Virus record (IMG/VR): IMGVR_UViG_3300037851_000102
Coordinates: 32,001-96,000 of that record
Length of the DNA stretch: 64,000 nt
Strand: one strand, 5' to 3'
From: a virus
Shown: positions 45,124 to 55,139 of the stretch, in pieces
How the letters are laid out: each line of letters opens with the position of its first letter
Position numbering within the stretch: position 1 is the stretch's first letter
Notes under the pieces: generated by a model
What the model was told of the DNA's origin: nothing
The model's input: only the letters and a program-made list of their open reading frames with translations
Databases searched by the model: none
Translations under genes and position numbers: made by a program

Positions 45124-47625
45124 ATGGATTTAATCGGCCAAAGATTCGTAATTGATATCGAAAAGGCAAGAACTCACAAATATGTTAAACGCACAGGTAG
45201 TCCTGGCAATTACAAATACTGGTACAAGCTGCCAAACGGTGAGCTTGTGGCAGAAGACGACAAGCAAGAGATGGGCAAGCTCGACCACATCAAGCGGCTC
45301 ATCGTCGCAAGATCTAAAGGCCATCATGAGATGGACAATGATGCCATTGCACGACACGTCGGCATCGACAAAAAGAAGGTCGGCAGTGCAGAAAGAAATC
45401 TGCGTCGTGCAGGCCGACAGTGGCAGCATGGAACTACAGGAGCGCAACGACAGTTCTCGGCAGGCCACGACTACACTGACGAGCATTTGGCCGAAGCAAA
45501 GGCAGATCTTATTGCCAGAATCAGAGAAGCAAGAGGCTCATCGGCCACGCCTGCGGCACCTGCTCCTGCGGCGGCAGAGCCAGCAAGGACTGAAGCTGCG
45601 CCAGCACCAAGAAGAAGGGCACCAAGAGCCCGTGCAGAGGCTCCAGCCACGCCATCTGCGGTCGCAACAATATCTTCTTTAGGCACCGATCACGGCTTTA
45701 CTGCGGACACTCATAGAAAGCTCGTTCATGCTGGACTTTCAGATGAAATGATTAAGGAGTTCGGCAAGGGTATTAAGATTGATACTGAAGGCGAAATGCA
45801 AGGGGAGATGACAGTTCCTTTTGATAGGTATCGTGACGAACATAGAGATGAGCTTTTGAATCATGTGATTGAGAATGCTCGAAACAATAAATTTGAAGTT
45901 GGTTTTAAATATCTCCAATTAAAGGGAGATGATGATAAGTTGGACGAAGGTCTTCAGGCACTTGGATTTAATAAGATCGCAAATGCTCCAGACAGCACTG
46001 GAAGAACATCTGAAAGATGGGTTCATCCAGATGGAATGGTCTTCACAAGAACAGGTGGATATTCAAACCTGACTGGTAAAATGGTCAAAACCCACAGAAT
46101 GATGAAGATGATTCTTGAAGAGGCGACCTATGTTAAGGACGTTTCTCCATTCGCAGATGGACTTCATGGAAGTTTGAAAGACGAGCAATACCGATCCGCA
46201 CTTGGATCAGAATCCTCTTCAGGAACTACTTCTACAACTTCTACGTCTCAGACAGAGGCTTCAACGCCAAGCGCAAGACAAACGTCCAGCCCCCGCGCTG
46301 GGAGAGGGACAGCCGACTCAGAGACTCAAAGAAGGCTTCAGGCTCTTAAAGATGCAGGATTTGATTTTGGAGAAGGGTCTCAGGAGACAGAAGTCGCTCC
46401 AGAAGAGGCTTCTCGCGTTCAAGAGCAAGCACAAAGAGCCCAAGAAGCTGCGCAAGCTGCGAGAAGGCAGCGAGAAGTCGAACCAGCATCTCCAGCCGCA
46501 AGAGAACTTCATGCGGTCGCTCCAGACTTAGCGGAAGCAGATGCTCCGATCCAAGCAATGCTCGAAGCTCAACGACGTGGTGAGAACCCGTATTTGAATC
46601 GAGCAAAGGATATTTATCACAACATCCAGGCCGATTTGAAACCAGAGCGCAAAGATGTGGTCAGACACTTGTTGTCTGCGATTGATGCGGTAAAGGATTC
46701 GTCTGGTAAAGTCGATCAGGCGGCTCTCCTTCAAAAGTACAAAGAGCTTTCTGGCAAAAATGTCAGAGGTCTTTCTGGCGTTGCAGAAGAATTTGAAAAG
46801 GGCACGTTCATGACTCTCGATGAGGTCACTGGCAATGCTCCTATCGATGTTGAAATGGAGCGTATGAAGCGCGGTTATGCTGCGAAACAGTTCGCTCGAA
46901 TGAAGCCATTCTTGAAACAAAGTTGGGTGAACGCAAATCCATCGGCTCCGCCGCCAATGCCTACGTTCGGAGATGTTAAGTCTTGGACTGAGCATGGTGG
47001 ATCAAAACCAAGTTGGGCTGGAACAACTCGTTTGGCGATGCCAAGAGAAGTTTACGATGCGGCTCACAAGATTGGCGGCAAGCCAAAATATCCGCCAGCA
47101 TGGATGCCGATTCACATGATGCCCGTTTGGAATTATGTGATGGCGAAAACTGGCGATGATTCTGCTTACCAAGCTCGAGGCGGCGGCCTTTCTCAAGGAA
47201 GCAGTCCGACTGGTTGGAAGATGAACATGGGATCACAAGCTGGATATCAAGAAGGCATTGTGATGAACGCGATGAGAAAGTACGTTCAGATGCGTGGCGG
47301 TCACGATCAATTGACCGACATTCCTGCACACAAGCTCGCGGAAGTGAATTTGAGCCATTCAGATATCTTCAAAGCCCTTGACCCTCATGATATGAGCGAC
47401 AAGGCTATGAGAAGTTTGATGACTACAAAGGTTGTGGATCCAGTGGCACTCTTGCCATTCATTAAAGAAGAAATGAAAAATAAGCCCGTGAAAAAGTCGA
47501 TTGAACTTGTTGTGGACGCAGATCTTAAGCCGTTCACATTCAAGAAATCTTTTGTCGTCGATGAGAAGATGGCAAAGGCTGAACTGATCGCTAAAATCAG
47601 GGCGGCCAAACACACGGGGAGATGA
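45124..47625 (+). CDS. large head-associated protein (putative internal/ejected protein)
   Basis: N-terminal IDIEKA and HKY module shared with 40793..43915; HTH-like segment; C-terminal K-S sites. Confidence 0.6.
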   Translation: MDLIGQRFVIDIEKARTHKYVKRTGSPGNYKYWYKLPNGELVAEDDKQEMGKLDHIKRLIVARSKGHHEMDNDAIARHVGIDKKKVGSAERNLRRAGRQWQHGTTGAQRQFSAGHDYTDEHLAEAKADLIARIREARGSSATPAAPAPAAAEPARTEAAPAPRRRAPRARAEAPATPSAVATISSLGTDHGFTADTHRKLVHAGLSDEMIKEFGKGIKIDTEGEMQGEMTVPFDRYRDEHRDELLNHVIENARNNKFEVGFKYLQLKGDDDKLDEGLQALGFNKIANAPDSTGRTSERWVHPDGMVFTRTGGYSNLTGKMVKTHRMMKMILEEATYVKDVSPFADGLHGSLKDEQYRSALGSESSSGTTSTTSTSQTEASTPSARQTSSPRAGRGTADSETQRRLQALKDAGFDFGEGSQETEVAPEEASRVQEQAQRAQEAAQAARRQREVEPASPAARELHAVAPDLAEADAPIQAMLEAQRRGENPYLNRAKDIYHNIQADLKPERKDVVRHLLSAIDAVKDSSGKVDQAALLQKYKELSGKNVRGLSGVAEEFEKGTFMTLDEVTGNAPIDVEMERMKRGYAAKQFARMKPFLKQSWVNANPSAPPPMPTFGDVKSWTEHGGSKPSWAGTTRLAMPREVYDAAHKIGGKPKYPPAWMPIHMMPVWNYVMAKTGDDSAYQARGGGLSQGSSPTGWKMNMGSQAGYQEGIVMNAMRKYVQMRGGHDQLTDIPAHKLAEVNLSHSDIFKALDPHDMSDKAMRSLMTTKVVDPVALLPFIKEEMKNKPVKKSIELVVDADLKPFTFKKSFVVDEKMAKAELIAKIRAAKHTGR
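46235..46251 (+). repeat. dispersed motif copy (parS-like)
   Basis: CAACTTCTACGTCTCAG. Confidence 0.55.
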
Positions 47626-47850
47626 TTGATGAGTCAAAAGATTGACGTTGACTGTCCCGAATGTGGGGCGAACATGATAAAATCGTATGCTGAAGAGGCG
47701 AAGTTTCGTTGCAAGTTAATCAAGTGGGACAAGGAAGGCATGAAGGCAATCTGTAAAAGCTGCGATCATGAGGTTCCAATTTCTGTTGATGTACTAAAGT
47801 CGGTCGAATCGACCTTCGTCTTTGAGGCCGACAAAAACTTAAAGAAATAA
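47626..47850 (+). CDS. small zinc-ribbon protein
   Basis: CPECG...CKSC. Confidence 0.7.
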   Translation: MMSQKIDVDCPECGANMIKSYAEEAKFRCKLIKWDKEGMKAICKSCDHEVPISVDVLKSVESTFVFEADKNLKK

Positions 47851-47866
47851 CTTGCGACTCCGATAA
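47840..47866 (+). promoter_or_regulatory. sigma-28-type promoter for the protease/scaffold/capsid operon
   Basis: TAAAGAAA-N11-TCCGATAA versus the consensus TAAAGTTT-N11-GCCGATAA. Confidence 0.7.
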
Positions 47867-47939
47867 TACGGTGTAACACTATAGAAGCCAACATAAGACT
47901 CAAGTTTGACGGAGTAGTACGGCTGAACTTGAGGAGCTT

Positions 47940-48761
47940 ATGGATAAACCCTTCTACATTGGTGAGAACGACTTTCGCGTTTGGCTTCCAGACATTCAAC
48001 TCATCGAAAAATCCGAAGACTCTGAAAAATACAATTCTCGTAAAATTTTTGGCATTATGTCCACTGATCGTAAAGATCGGCAGGGCGAAGTTGTAGAGGC
48101 TAAGGGCCTCGATTTTGATGAATTTTTATCTCACGGACACTTCAACGATAACCATTCACAGGATACCAGCGCAATCGTCGGCTATCCAGAGAGCGTGAAG
48201 TATCATGCTTCTTTGGCGCAGTTCGATCCCAAACTGAAGAACGCTTCAGGATGGACTTGCGAAGGATTCGTCTTAAAGGGCACCAAGCGTTCCGAAGCAA
48301 TTTGGGAACTTGCGAAGGCTCTCACATCTGTTCCAGGCCGAAGTCTCGGCTTCTCAATTGAAGGTAAAGTGAGTCGAAGAGAGGACAAGACAATCAAATC
48401 TGCAAAGATTCGTAACGTGGCAATCACAAATTGTCCCGTGAACACTGATTGTTCTTGGAGCGTTCTCGAAAAATCCTTCCACCAACCAGACATGGCAATC
48501 AAGGCGATGACCGCTGGATACGGCGTTTCGCCTGCCACACAGTCTGGCGGTGGAGCAATTAGAGCAGAATCTTTGGATCATGATCCGAAGAAGGTGTCTG
48601 AGGTTCTCGATAAAAAGAAAAAACGAGAAGAGGCTCTGAAGAGAGCGTTAGGATTTGAAGACATGGTTAAAGCAATGGAATTGGTTTTGGAGCGTCGGCC
48701 TGACTTCGATGATGAAGCGGCGGCAGCGTTCATTAACTTCATTTTTAAGAAAGGGGGGTGA
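47940..48761 (+). CDS. prohead protease
   Basis: GIMST..KDRQGE, NDNH, LGFSIEG, NVAIT..PVN. Confidence 0.9.
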   Translation: MDKPFYIGENDFRVWLPDIQLIEKSEDSEKYNSRKIFGIMSTDRKDRQGEVVEAKGLDFDEFLSHGHFNDNHSQDTSAIVGYPESVKYHASLAQFDPKLKNASGWTCEGFVLKGTKRSEAIWELAKALTSVPGRSLGFSIEGKVSRREDKTIKSAKIRNVAITNCPVNTDCSWSVLEKSFHQPDMAIKAMTAGYGVSPATQSGGGAIRAESLDHDPKKVSEVLDKKKKREEALKRALGFEDMVKAMELVLERRPDFDDEAAAAFINFIFKKGG

Positions 48762-48765
48762 AAGC

Positions 48766-48990
48766 ATGGATGGATTCCAATTGGGTCGATTGTCGGCAGA
48801 TGAATTGGGCAAAAAAGTGCTTCACGATGCTCCTGAGAAACAAGTCGCGGCCTTGATGTCCAAGGTCGATGAGCTTACCACCGCGCTCGCAGCGTTGTGT
48901 GCAAAGCTCGATGCGGATGCAGGTGTCACCGACACTGACTACGCGGCGACCATCTCAGATAGCGTCGCGAAAATTGAACTTTATATTTAA
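48766..48990 (+). CDS. small head-associated protein
   Basis: ATG after GGGGGTG; AKLDADAGVTDTDY motif. Confidence 0.6.
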   Translation: MDGFQLGRLSADELGKKVLHDAPEKQVAALMSKVDELTTALAALCAKLDADAGVTDTDYAATISDSVAKIELYI

Positions 48991-49010
48991 ACTTAAAAGG
49001 AGAAAACGAA

Positions 49011-49808
49011 ATGAGCAAAAAGGTATCGCAAGAGCAAGTAGAAAAAGCTCTCGCTTCGCTTGAGGCTCAGTTGGCAGAAGATACGGTTGTCAAAGCGTCT
49101 GAAGACGATCTTGACCAGCCTGAAGGTGCCGACATGGGTAATCCAGCTAAAGACAAAATGTCTGACGCTGCGAAGGCGAAAAAGGGAGTGAAAAAAGGAG
49201 ACCTCAAAATCGAGCATGAAGGTGACGAGGATGAGGATGAGGGTATGGAGATGGAGAAGAAAAAGGCTTATCAAAAAGCTAAAAAATCTTTCTCTGACGA
49301 AATGCCAGAAGAAGTTCAGACCAAGATTGATGTTTCTGAATTCTTGAAGTCGCTTGTGGATCACACAGGCAACACAATCGAGACTCTTCGTGTAGCTGTC
49401 GTTAAGAGCGAAGCGCACAATGATGCTCGATATGGACAGCTTGCTGAAGCTGTTGAAGATGTTCAGAAGTCTCAGGCCAAAATCGGTGTTGTTCTCAAAG
49501 CAATTTGCGAACGTATCGGTGTTATTTCTGCCGCGCCTGCTCGTCCTGCAAAGGCCGACACTGTGGCGAAATCCGAAGGTGCAGCGCCAGCCGCTCGCAA
49601 ATTCGATTCTGGTCTCGAACAAGAAGGTCAGGAGAAGGTTTTCAAATCTCTCTCTGACAATCCACAAGTCGCCAAGTCACAAATGAGCAATGCTCTATGT
49701 GATTTAGTGAAAAAGGGCGAAGCAACGGATCTTGATGTAATCGGCTTTGAAAGCGGCGGTTATATCAGACCTGAGCTAGTGGGTAAACTTAAACAGGTCT
49801 TGAACTAA
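49011..49808 (+). CDS. scaffold-like protein
   Basis: Lies between protease and capsid genes; charged and helical; more than 10 K-[SAG] sites. Confidence 0.75.
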   Translation: MSKKVSQEQVEKALASLEAQLAEDTVVKASEDDLDQPEGADMGNPAKDKMSDAAKAKKGVKKGDLKIEHEGDEDEDEGMEMEKKKAYQKAKKSFSDEMPEEVQTKIDVSEFLKSLVDHTGNTIETLRVAVVKSEAHNDARYGQLAEAVEDVQKSQAKIGVVLKAICERIGVISAAPARPAKADTVAKSEGAAPAARKFDSGLEQEGQEKVFKSLSDNPQVAKSQMSNALCDLVKKGEATDLDVIGFESGGYIRPELVGKLKQVLN

Positions 49809-49823
49809 CAAGGGGGAAGAACA

Positions 49824-51284
49824 ATGTATCCAATGCTTGACGTAAAACAATTCGAGCAGCATGGCGAAGGGTTCGGACTTTCAGATGCTCAGACCGTTGC
49901 CGACTTGAACAAGGCATTGACAGCGGGCTACGCTGTTGACCCTGGAACTCAGTCGAACGGCGGCGCACTGCGAGTTGAGAGCTTAGACTCCACGCTAAAA
50001 ATCGTGTCGTTCATGGAGAAAAATATCATTTTCTACAACGACATTCCAAAAACCAAAGCCTACAACACTGTCGAAGAGTACAACCTACTCTCAAAATACG
50101 GCGGTCGTGGTGGGTTCTTCATCGATGAAGGCGGATTGCCTCGTACTGAAGACAGCCAATATCAACGTAAGGCAGCTTTCGTGAAGTTCATGGGAACTAC
50201 TCGCGAAATCTCTCACCCTATGTTGTTGGTTCGTCCTGCTCATGGCAACGTCGTTGCTCTTGAGACTAAAAACGGTGCGAAGTGGATGCTTCAGCGAATG
50301 GAAGAAAGTCTGTTCGGTGCAGATTCATCGATCATTTCTCAGTCTTTCGACGGCTTGAAAAAGCAGTTGTTGACTGGATACGCAGATCCTACGACTGCGG
50401 GTGATGGTCGTCCTTCAGTGTCGAATGAACACGTTATCGATCTTCGCGGCCAAGTGTTGAGCGAAGCTGTATTCGAGGAGATTTCTCGAATCCTGCAAGA
50501 TAACTATATGTATCCAACACACTGTTATCTGAACAACACCAACCACAGTGATTTCTCGAAATCGTTCTTCTCAAAAGGACGCTATCAGATTCCTGTTGGT
50601 GCTGACGCTTCTGTTGGCTTTGTCGTTGACAAAGTTAAGACTGGCGCAGGCGTAGTTCAGTTACGTCCAGACGTATTCTTGCGAGTGAACCAAACTGCTC
50701 CTGCTTCTGCGGACAATGCTGCGGCTCCAACCGCTCCTGCATCTGTTGGCGTTGCTGTTGGTGCGGTTTCTACTTCTCGCGGTTTCAAAACTGGAGAGTA
50801 CGCGACTTATGCTTATGAAGTTACTGCGATTTCAAAATCGGGTGAATCTGCGGCTACAGTCGGCGGTGCGAGTGCCATCGTTACTTCTGTGAACAACGAA
50901 GTTACTTTGACAATCAACCGTGGTGCCGTGTCTGGTAACGATCTCACAACTGGTTACAAAATCTATCGTACTCGTCAAGCTGACGGTGCGGCTGGAACCA
51001 AGTATCTTGTTGCTGAAATCGCTTCTGCGGGTGCCGTTACTACTTTCAAAGATGGTAACGAGAGCCTTCCTGGATATGGAACAGCGTTCATGGGTCAAAT
51101 GGATGAATCGGTTCTTACTCTTCGCGAGTTGAGCCCGATGCTGAAATTCCCTCTGGCAACTGTGGCTTCAAGCATCCGTTGGATGCAGTTGTACTACAAC
51201 GTGCCAATCGTGTTCCGTCCTCGTGGATGGGTCATCATCAAGAACATCGGTTTCTTGGAACAACCTAAGCTCGGCTTAGTGTAA
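49824..51284 (+). CDS. major capsid protein precursor
   Basis: LNKALTAGY..DP.TQ..GGALRVESLD N-terminus of SPO1/Twort type; Ig-like insertion; followed by a terminator. Confidence 0.93.
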   Translation: MYPMLDVKQFEQHGEGFGLSDAQTVADLNKALTAGYAVDPGTQSNGGALRVESLDSTLKIVSFMEKNIIFYNDIPKTKAYNTVEEYNLLSKYGGRGGFFIDEGGLPRTEDSQYQRKAAFVKFMGTTREISHPMLLVRPAHGNVVALETKNGAKWMLQRMEESLFGADSSIISQSFDGLKKQLLTGYADPTTAGDGRPSVSNEHVIDLRGQVLSEAVFEEISRILQDNYMYPTHCYLNNTNHSDFSKSFFSKGRYQIPVGADASVGFVVDKVKTGAGVVQLRPDVFLRVNQTAPASADNAAAPTAPASVGVAVGAVSTSRGFKTGEYATYAYEVTAISKSGESAATVGGASAIVTSVNNEVTLTINRGAVSGNDLTTGYKIYRTRQADGAAGTKYLVAEIASAGAVTTFKDGNESLPGYGTAFMGQMDESVLTLRELSPMLKFPLATVASSIRWMQLYYNVPIVFRPRGWVIIKNIGFLEQPKLGLV

Positions 51285-51297
51285 TCTGAAATTTTGG

Positions 51298-51332
51298 ACG
51301 GGGGAGCCTAAAGCTCCCCTGTACTTTCTTAT
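51298..51332 (+). terminator. rho-independent terminator
   Basis: GGGGAGC-ctaaa-GCTCCCC hairpin followed by a T-rich tract. Confidence 0.75.
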
Positions 51333-51356
51333 TGAATTAGATTGAAAGGGGTTAAG

Positions 51357-51650
51357 ATGATTCTCGTTAATGAAAAAATGCCGAATATGAAGTTCGCTCT
51401 CGGCAAAGAAGTTGTGTCCACAGATGAAAAAGGACAAATCGAAATTTCTGATAAGGATGCAATCGAATCTTTGAAAGCATCTGGATTTGTCGAAACGAAG
51501 ACACGATTCAAATCTGCAAAAAAAGAAGAGGCTCCTGCGCCTGAGTCAGAAGTGGCTCCAGAGACGGCACCTGTAATGGAAGCAGAAGTTGAAGCAGAAG
51601 AGGCGAAAAAAGAAGAAGAGCCGTTCTATAAGAAAAATAAAAAGAGGTAA
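51357..51650 (+). CDS. hypothetical protein
   Basis: Small gene directly after the capsid gene. Confidence 0.65.
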   Translation: MILVNEKMPNMKFALGKEVVSTDEKGQIEISDKDAIESLKASGFVETKTRFKSAKKEEAPAPESEVAPETAPVMEAEVEAEEAKKEEEPFYKKNKKR

Positions 51651-51653
51651 TTT

Positions 51654-52061
51654 ATGGTTCAAGAGTGGACACCTGAAACAAAGCCCTTTAGTCAGGGCGA
51701 AGTTGATTACGCCGAACATTCTGCTTTTGCGAAAGCGAAGAAGGTTATCGATGGCCCTCTGAACATTCCGCAACATGAGTCTGTGGCTGGCCGTCAAGCG
51801 GCAGCGATCCACAAGGCGATGGCTGGAGCAATTACTGTTGGAAGCGCCGATGGATTGAAGCAAGGCAAAGCATATCGAATGATATCGAATATCGCCTTTC
51901 ACTTTGTCCAAGCGGCTGAAGAGTTCGCTGGCCCTGCAACAGTCAGTGACACATACGTTCCAGCAAATACTCCTGTTGTAATCCAAATGATTCAGTATGA
52001 TCGCGTTTACGCGATTCCAAATTCTGGATCAGGATTTTTACAACTGGTTGAGGTGCGATAA
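51654..52061 (+). CDS. hypothetical virion protein
   Basis: 135 aa, GAGGT ribosome-binding site. Confidence 0.65.
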   Translation: MVQEWTPETKPFSQGEVDYAEHSAFAKAKKVIDGPLNIPQHESVAGRQAAAIHKAMAGAITVGSADGLKQGKAYRMISNIAFHFVQAAEEFAGPATVSDTYVPANTPVVIQMIQYDRVYAIPNSGSGFLQLVEVR

Positions 52062-52540
52062 TGTTTGAAACGGGCAATTCTCTTGCGAAAAGGCACGGCA
52101 TGGCTGGCAAGCCAATATACGTCGTGTGGCAGAGGATGAAAGAGCGTTGCCTGAAATCAGATCACAAAGACTTCAAAAATTATGGCGGCAGAGGCATTCA
52201 GCTTTGCAAAGAGTGGAACTCTTTTGTTCCGTTTTTTGAATGGGCAAAGGCCGCTGGATACGAGCGCGGATTGACATTGGATCGAATAGACAATGATGGA
52301 GACTATTCTCCATCCAACTGTCGTTGGGTCACAAAAGCTGAAAACAATAAGAATAAAAGAAAAAGAATGATTAAGGTTGGCGGATTGAGCGGTGACTATC
52401 AGTTTTGGGCAAAAAGACTTGGATGTGATCCAAGAAGGATTTCTCTTAGAATATCTTCTGGATGGAGTCCCGAAAGAGCCGTGACTCAACCAGTTCTGCC
52501 TGTCGGGAAGGGTAAAACTTATGAGTCTTCCTTTATTTGA
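52061..52540 (+). CDS. free-standing HNH-type homing endonuclease
   Basis: MKERC..NYGGRGI..C.EW, LTLDRIDNDGDYSPSNCRW..N.KN. Confidence 0.85.
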   Translation: MFETGNSLAKRHGMAGKPIYVVWQRMKERCLKSDHKDFKNYGGRGIQLCKEWNSFVPFFEWAKAAGYERGLTLDRIDNDGDYSPSNCRWVTKAENNKNKRKRMIKVGGLSGDYQFWAKRLGCDPRRISLRISSGWSPERAVTQPVLPVGKGKTYESSFI

Positions 52541-52751
52541 AACTGTTAACTACTTGTTCGCCGCTTATTTGCAAACCAATGAAGGCGGCAGACACAAGGT
52601 CGTGAAAGTCGAAAAGCTCAGACCTGGCAAGGCAAAGTTCTTTTTTGAACTGACACCTGAGCAGGCTGAGGATCTTCAATTCAAATTCCATCAATCAATT
52701 TGTTTGGAGTTTGAGCAGAAGCGAAGAGCGACAATGGATTTAGCATACTAA
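52521..52751 (+). CDS. hypothetical protein
   Basis: 76 aa; LFAAYL motif. Confidence 0.65.
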   Translation: MSLPLFETVNYLFAAYLQTNEGGRHKVVKVEKLRPGKAKFFFELTPEQAEDLQFKFHQSICLEFEQKRRATMDLAY

Positions 52752-52763
52752 AAGGGGGAGACA

Positions 52764-52883
52764 GTGCTTGAGGCTTTAGTCGTGGAGAATGATATGATTG
52801 AAGCCGTCGCAGTCGAATCCGATAGCGTAGAGGCAATCGCCAGCGAGAACTCTCGCTTAGAAGCTATCGTCGAGGAGATCTGA
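52764..52883 (+). CDS. 39 aa acidic peptide with 10 aa periodicity
   Basis: GTG after GGGGGAG; exactly fills the gap between neighbouring genes. Confidence 0.5.
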   Translation: MLEALVVENDMIEAVAVESDSVEAIASENSRLEAIVEEI

Positions 52884-53573
52884 ATGGGCTGTTTCTCAAG
52901 ATATTTTGAATTTTACGCAAATGAGTCCAAGCGACTCGAACTTCAAGTAAATGTTGATAAGAACGACTGCAAAGAGCCAATCGGCATGGTTGTGCCTTTG
53001 GCATCTGCATCTTTGATCGTTCAAGATTTGACCTACACTGCGCTCTTAAAGCGTGGTGATACTGGCAATCTGATCGCAATCGAATATGTCGGCGGTGGAA
53101 CCGCAGGCAGCGAAGTCGTCACTCTTTCTGGAACTCTTGTTCATGTCGGCCAAGGTGTTCACATCGGATCAAAGATCACGGTGCAAATCGAAGCTGGAGT
53201 TTCAACTGCAACGCAAATCAAAGCGAAGATTGATGCGAACGCTGATATCGCCAAACTTTTGACTGTTGCGGTTTCAGGGGTTGGATCGAACGCGCAAATC
53301 GTTGCAGCATTGCAATCGTTGAGCGGCGGCACTGGAACTCAAGTTGAAATCGAACTTCCTGCTTCTCCAGATAATTTGTTTGTCGATCAGGGGACATCTC
53401 CACAGGTTGTGATTGATGATGCTCCGTTATCAAAAATTCATGTTGATCTCACAAGTGTTGAAACTTCTCAAATGGTTGACGGTGCGATCATCGTGCGAGT
53501 TACAAAGCAGGGCAAAATGAGTCTTGCTGTTGTAGAAGGTGGATCGAAAAAATTAACGATCCCGAATTGTTGA
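52884..53573 (+). CDS. hypothetical virion protein
   Basis: GDTGNLIAIEY...ITV...STATQI resembles sheath-like beta modules. Confidence 0.6.
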   Translation: MGCFSRYFEFYANESKRLELQVNVDKNDCKEPIGMVVPLASASLIVQDLTYTALLKRGDTGNLIAIEYVGGGTAGSEVVTLSGTLVHVGQGVHIGSKITVQIEAGVSTATQIKAKIDANADIAKLLTVAVSGVGSNAQIVAALQSLSGGTGTQVEIELPASPDNLFVDQGTSPQVVIDDAPLSKIHVDLTSVETSQMVDGAIIVRVTKQGKMSLAVVEGGSKKLTIPNC

Positions 53574-53580
53574 GGTATGA

Positions 53581-54366
53581 ATGACAGCAACGCCAGCGTA
53601 CAACAAGAGGCCATATTCTAAGAATCTGATTATCACTCCTCAAGAGCTTAAAGATATTTTTCTTTTTGGCGTGGATTTGACCAATGATGATGGTGATCCA
53701 TATCCAGAGGAGATGTTTGAATTTTATATTTTATCCGCGCAACAGTGGCTTGAAACCCAAATGGGCGGACTCATGCTTTGTGAAAAGAAGATTGAGGCCG
53801 AAGTTCACGATTACTGGATTGCGGATTATATGTCGTACAGCTTTATCAAGCTGTTTCGATATCCCGTTCAAAGTGTTGAGAAGGTCGAGATCCAATTCCC
53901 GCTCGCGCAAAATGTTTTGCAATTTGATCCCGCATGGTATCGGGCTGAGAGTGTGAATGGAATTGTAAATCTCGTTCCAACTCAGGGGACTTTTTCTTCG
54001 ATTCTGCTTTCTCAAGGCGGCAATTTCTTGCCACTTCTTTATCAAGGTCTTTCATACGTTCCATCGCTCTTTCGAGTGACGTACACGGCTGGATTTAAGA
54101 AAGACGAAATTCCTGTGCAGTTGAAAGAGATCGTCGGCATGAAGGCGGCAATGGGCCCACTCAACATCGCGGGTGACTTGATCGCGGGCGCTGGTATCGC
54201 AACGAAGTCAATCGGCTTGGATGGATTGAGCCAATCTATTTCAACGACATCTTCTGCGACCAACGCTGGTTATGGCGCAAGAATTTTACAATACAATAAA
54301 GAAATCGAAGAAAGGATGAAGGGGCTCCGCGAATACTATGGCGGAATCAACTTCACTGTTGCATGA
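53581..54366 (+). CDS. head-tail adaptor/neck protein
   Basis: VTYTAGF, GAGIA..SIGLDG.SQSI.TT.SA...GYGARI, as in SPO1/Twort-type neck proteins. Confidence 0.8.
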   Translation: MTATPAYNKRPYSKNLIITPQELKDIFLFGVDLTNDDGDPYPEEMFEFYILSAQQWLETQMGGLMLCEKKIEAEVHDYWIADYMSYSFIKLFRYPVQSVEKVEIQFPLAQNVLQFDPAWYRAESVNGIVNLVPTQGTFSSILLSQGGNFLPLLYQGLSYVPSLFRVTYTAGFKKDEIPVQLKEIVGMKAAMGPLNIAGDLIAGAGIATKSIGLDGLSQSISTTSSATNAGYGARILQYNKEIEERMKGLREYYGGINFTVA

Positions 54367-55139
54367 GTGATTCGATACCTATCAAACCAGCTTCAGATGT
54401 TACGAGACCGAAGCGAGCGGGCGCGAAGCCTGGACGTGTCGATCTTGTGCCCGAAGAGTTTGAAGCACTGATTGAAGATCAGGGCACACTCGTTCGCATC
54501 ACGCCTTCAATTCTTTGTCCAAACCGAACCTCTCTTGAAGACACGAATCACGTTCTTGATTGCCCAATTTGTTTTGGGACAGAGGTCGTGGATCTCGATG
54601 ATAAGTGCATTGAAGATTGGGCATTTATTCAGGGAATCGATTTCGAGAAGATGCTCAACGTGCAGGGAATTTACGATCAGAAGGACGCTCGAATCACTGT
54701 AAAGCAGGGGATTCGCCTTTATTACTGGTACAAAATTGAAGTTATAGATTTCGCATCTGTTTACAATCAGCTTCTTAAAAGAGGCGGTGGAGAGCGAGAT
54801 CGTCTTAGATATAAACCAACAGGGAATTGCGATACTCCCTATTATTGTATCGCCAAAGATGGAACGCAGTTCACTCTCAACGAAGATTACAAGATCGTTG
54901 ACGATAGATACATCAAATGGATTTCGGCCAAACGTCCACTTGCAGGAGAACTGTACTCTTTTGTTTATCCAATTCTGCCGACATTTCGTGTGATGGAGAT
55001 GATGCACGAAAACCGATATTACTACACTGGTTTCAAACAAAAGGTGAAGACTCCAGTGAATCTTCCGCAACAAGCGCACATCCGTTGGGATTACGCCGCG
55101 AAGAGATCGGGAACGCAGATTGAGATAGAGAATGGCTGA
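54363..55139 (+). CDS. neck/head-closure protein
   Basis: Gene position; CP...CPICFG motif. Confidence 0.65.
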   Translation: MSDSIPIKPASDVTRPKRAGAKPGRVDLVPEEFEALIEDQGTLVRITPSILCPNRTSLEDTNHVLDCPICFGTEVVDLDDKCIEDWAFIQGIDFEKMLNVQGIYDQKDARITVKQGIRLYYWYKIEVIDFASVYNQLLKRGGGERDRLRYKPTGNCDTPYYCIAKDGTQFTLNEDYKIVDDRYIKWISAKRPLAGELYSFVYPILPTFRVMEMMHENRYYYTGFKQKVKTPVNLPQQAHIRWDYAAKRSGTQIEIENG

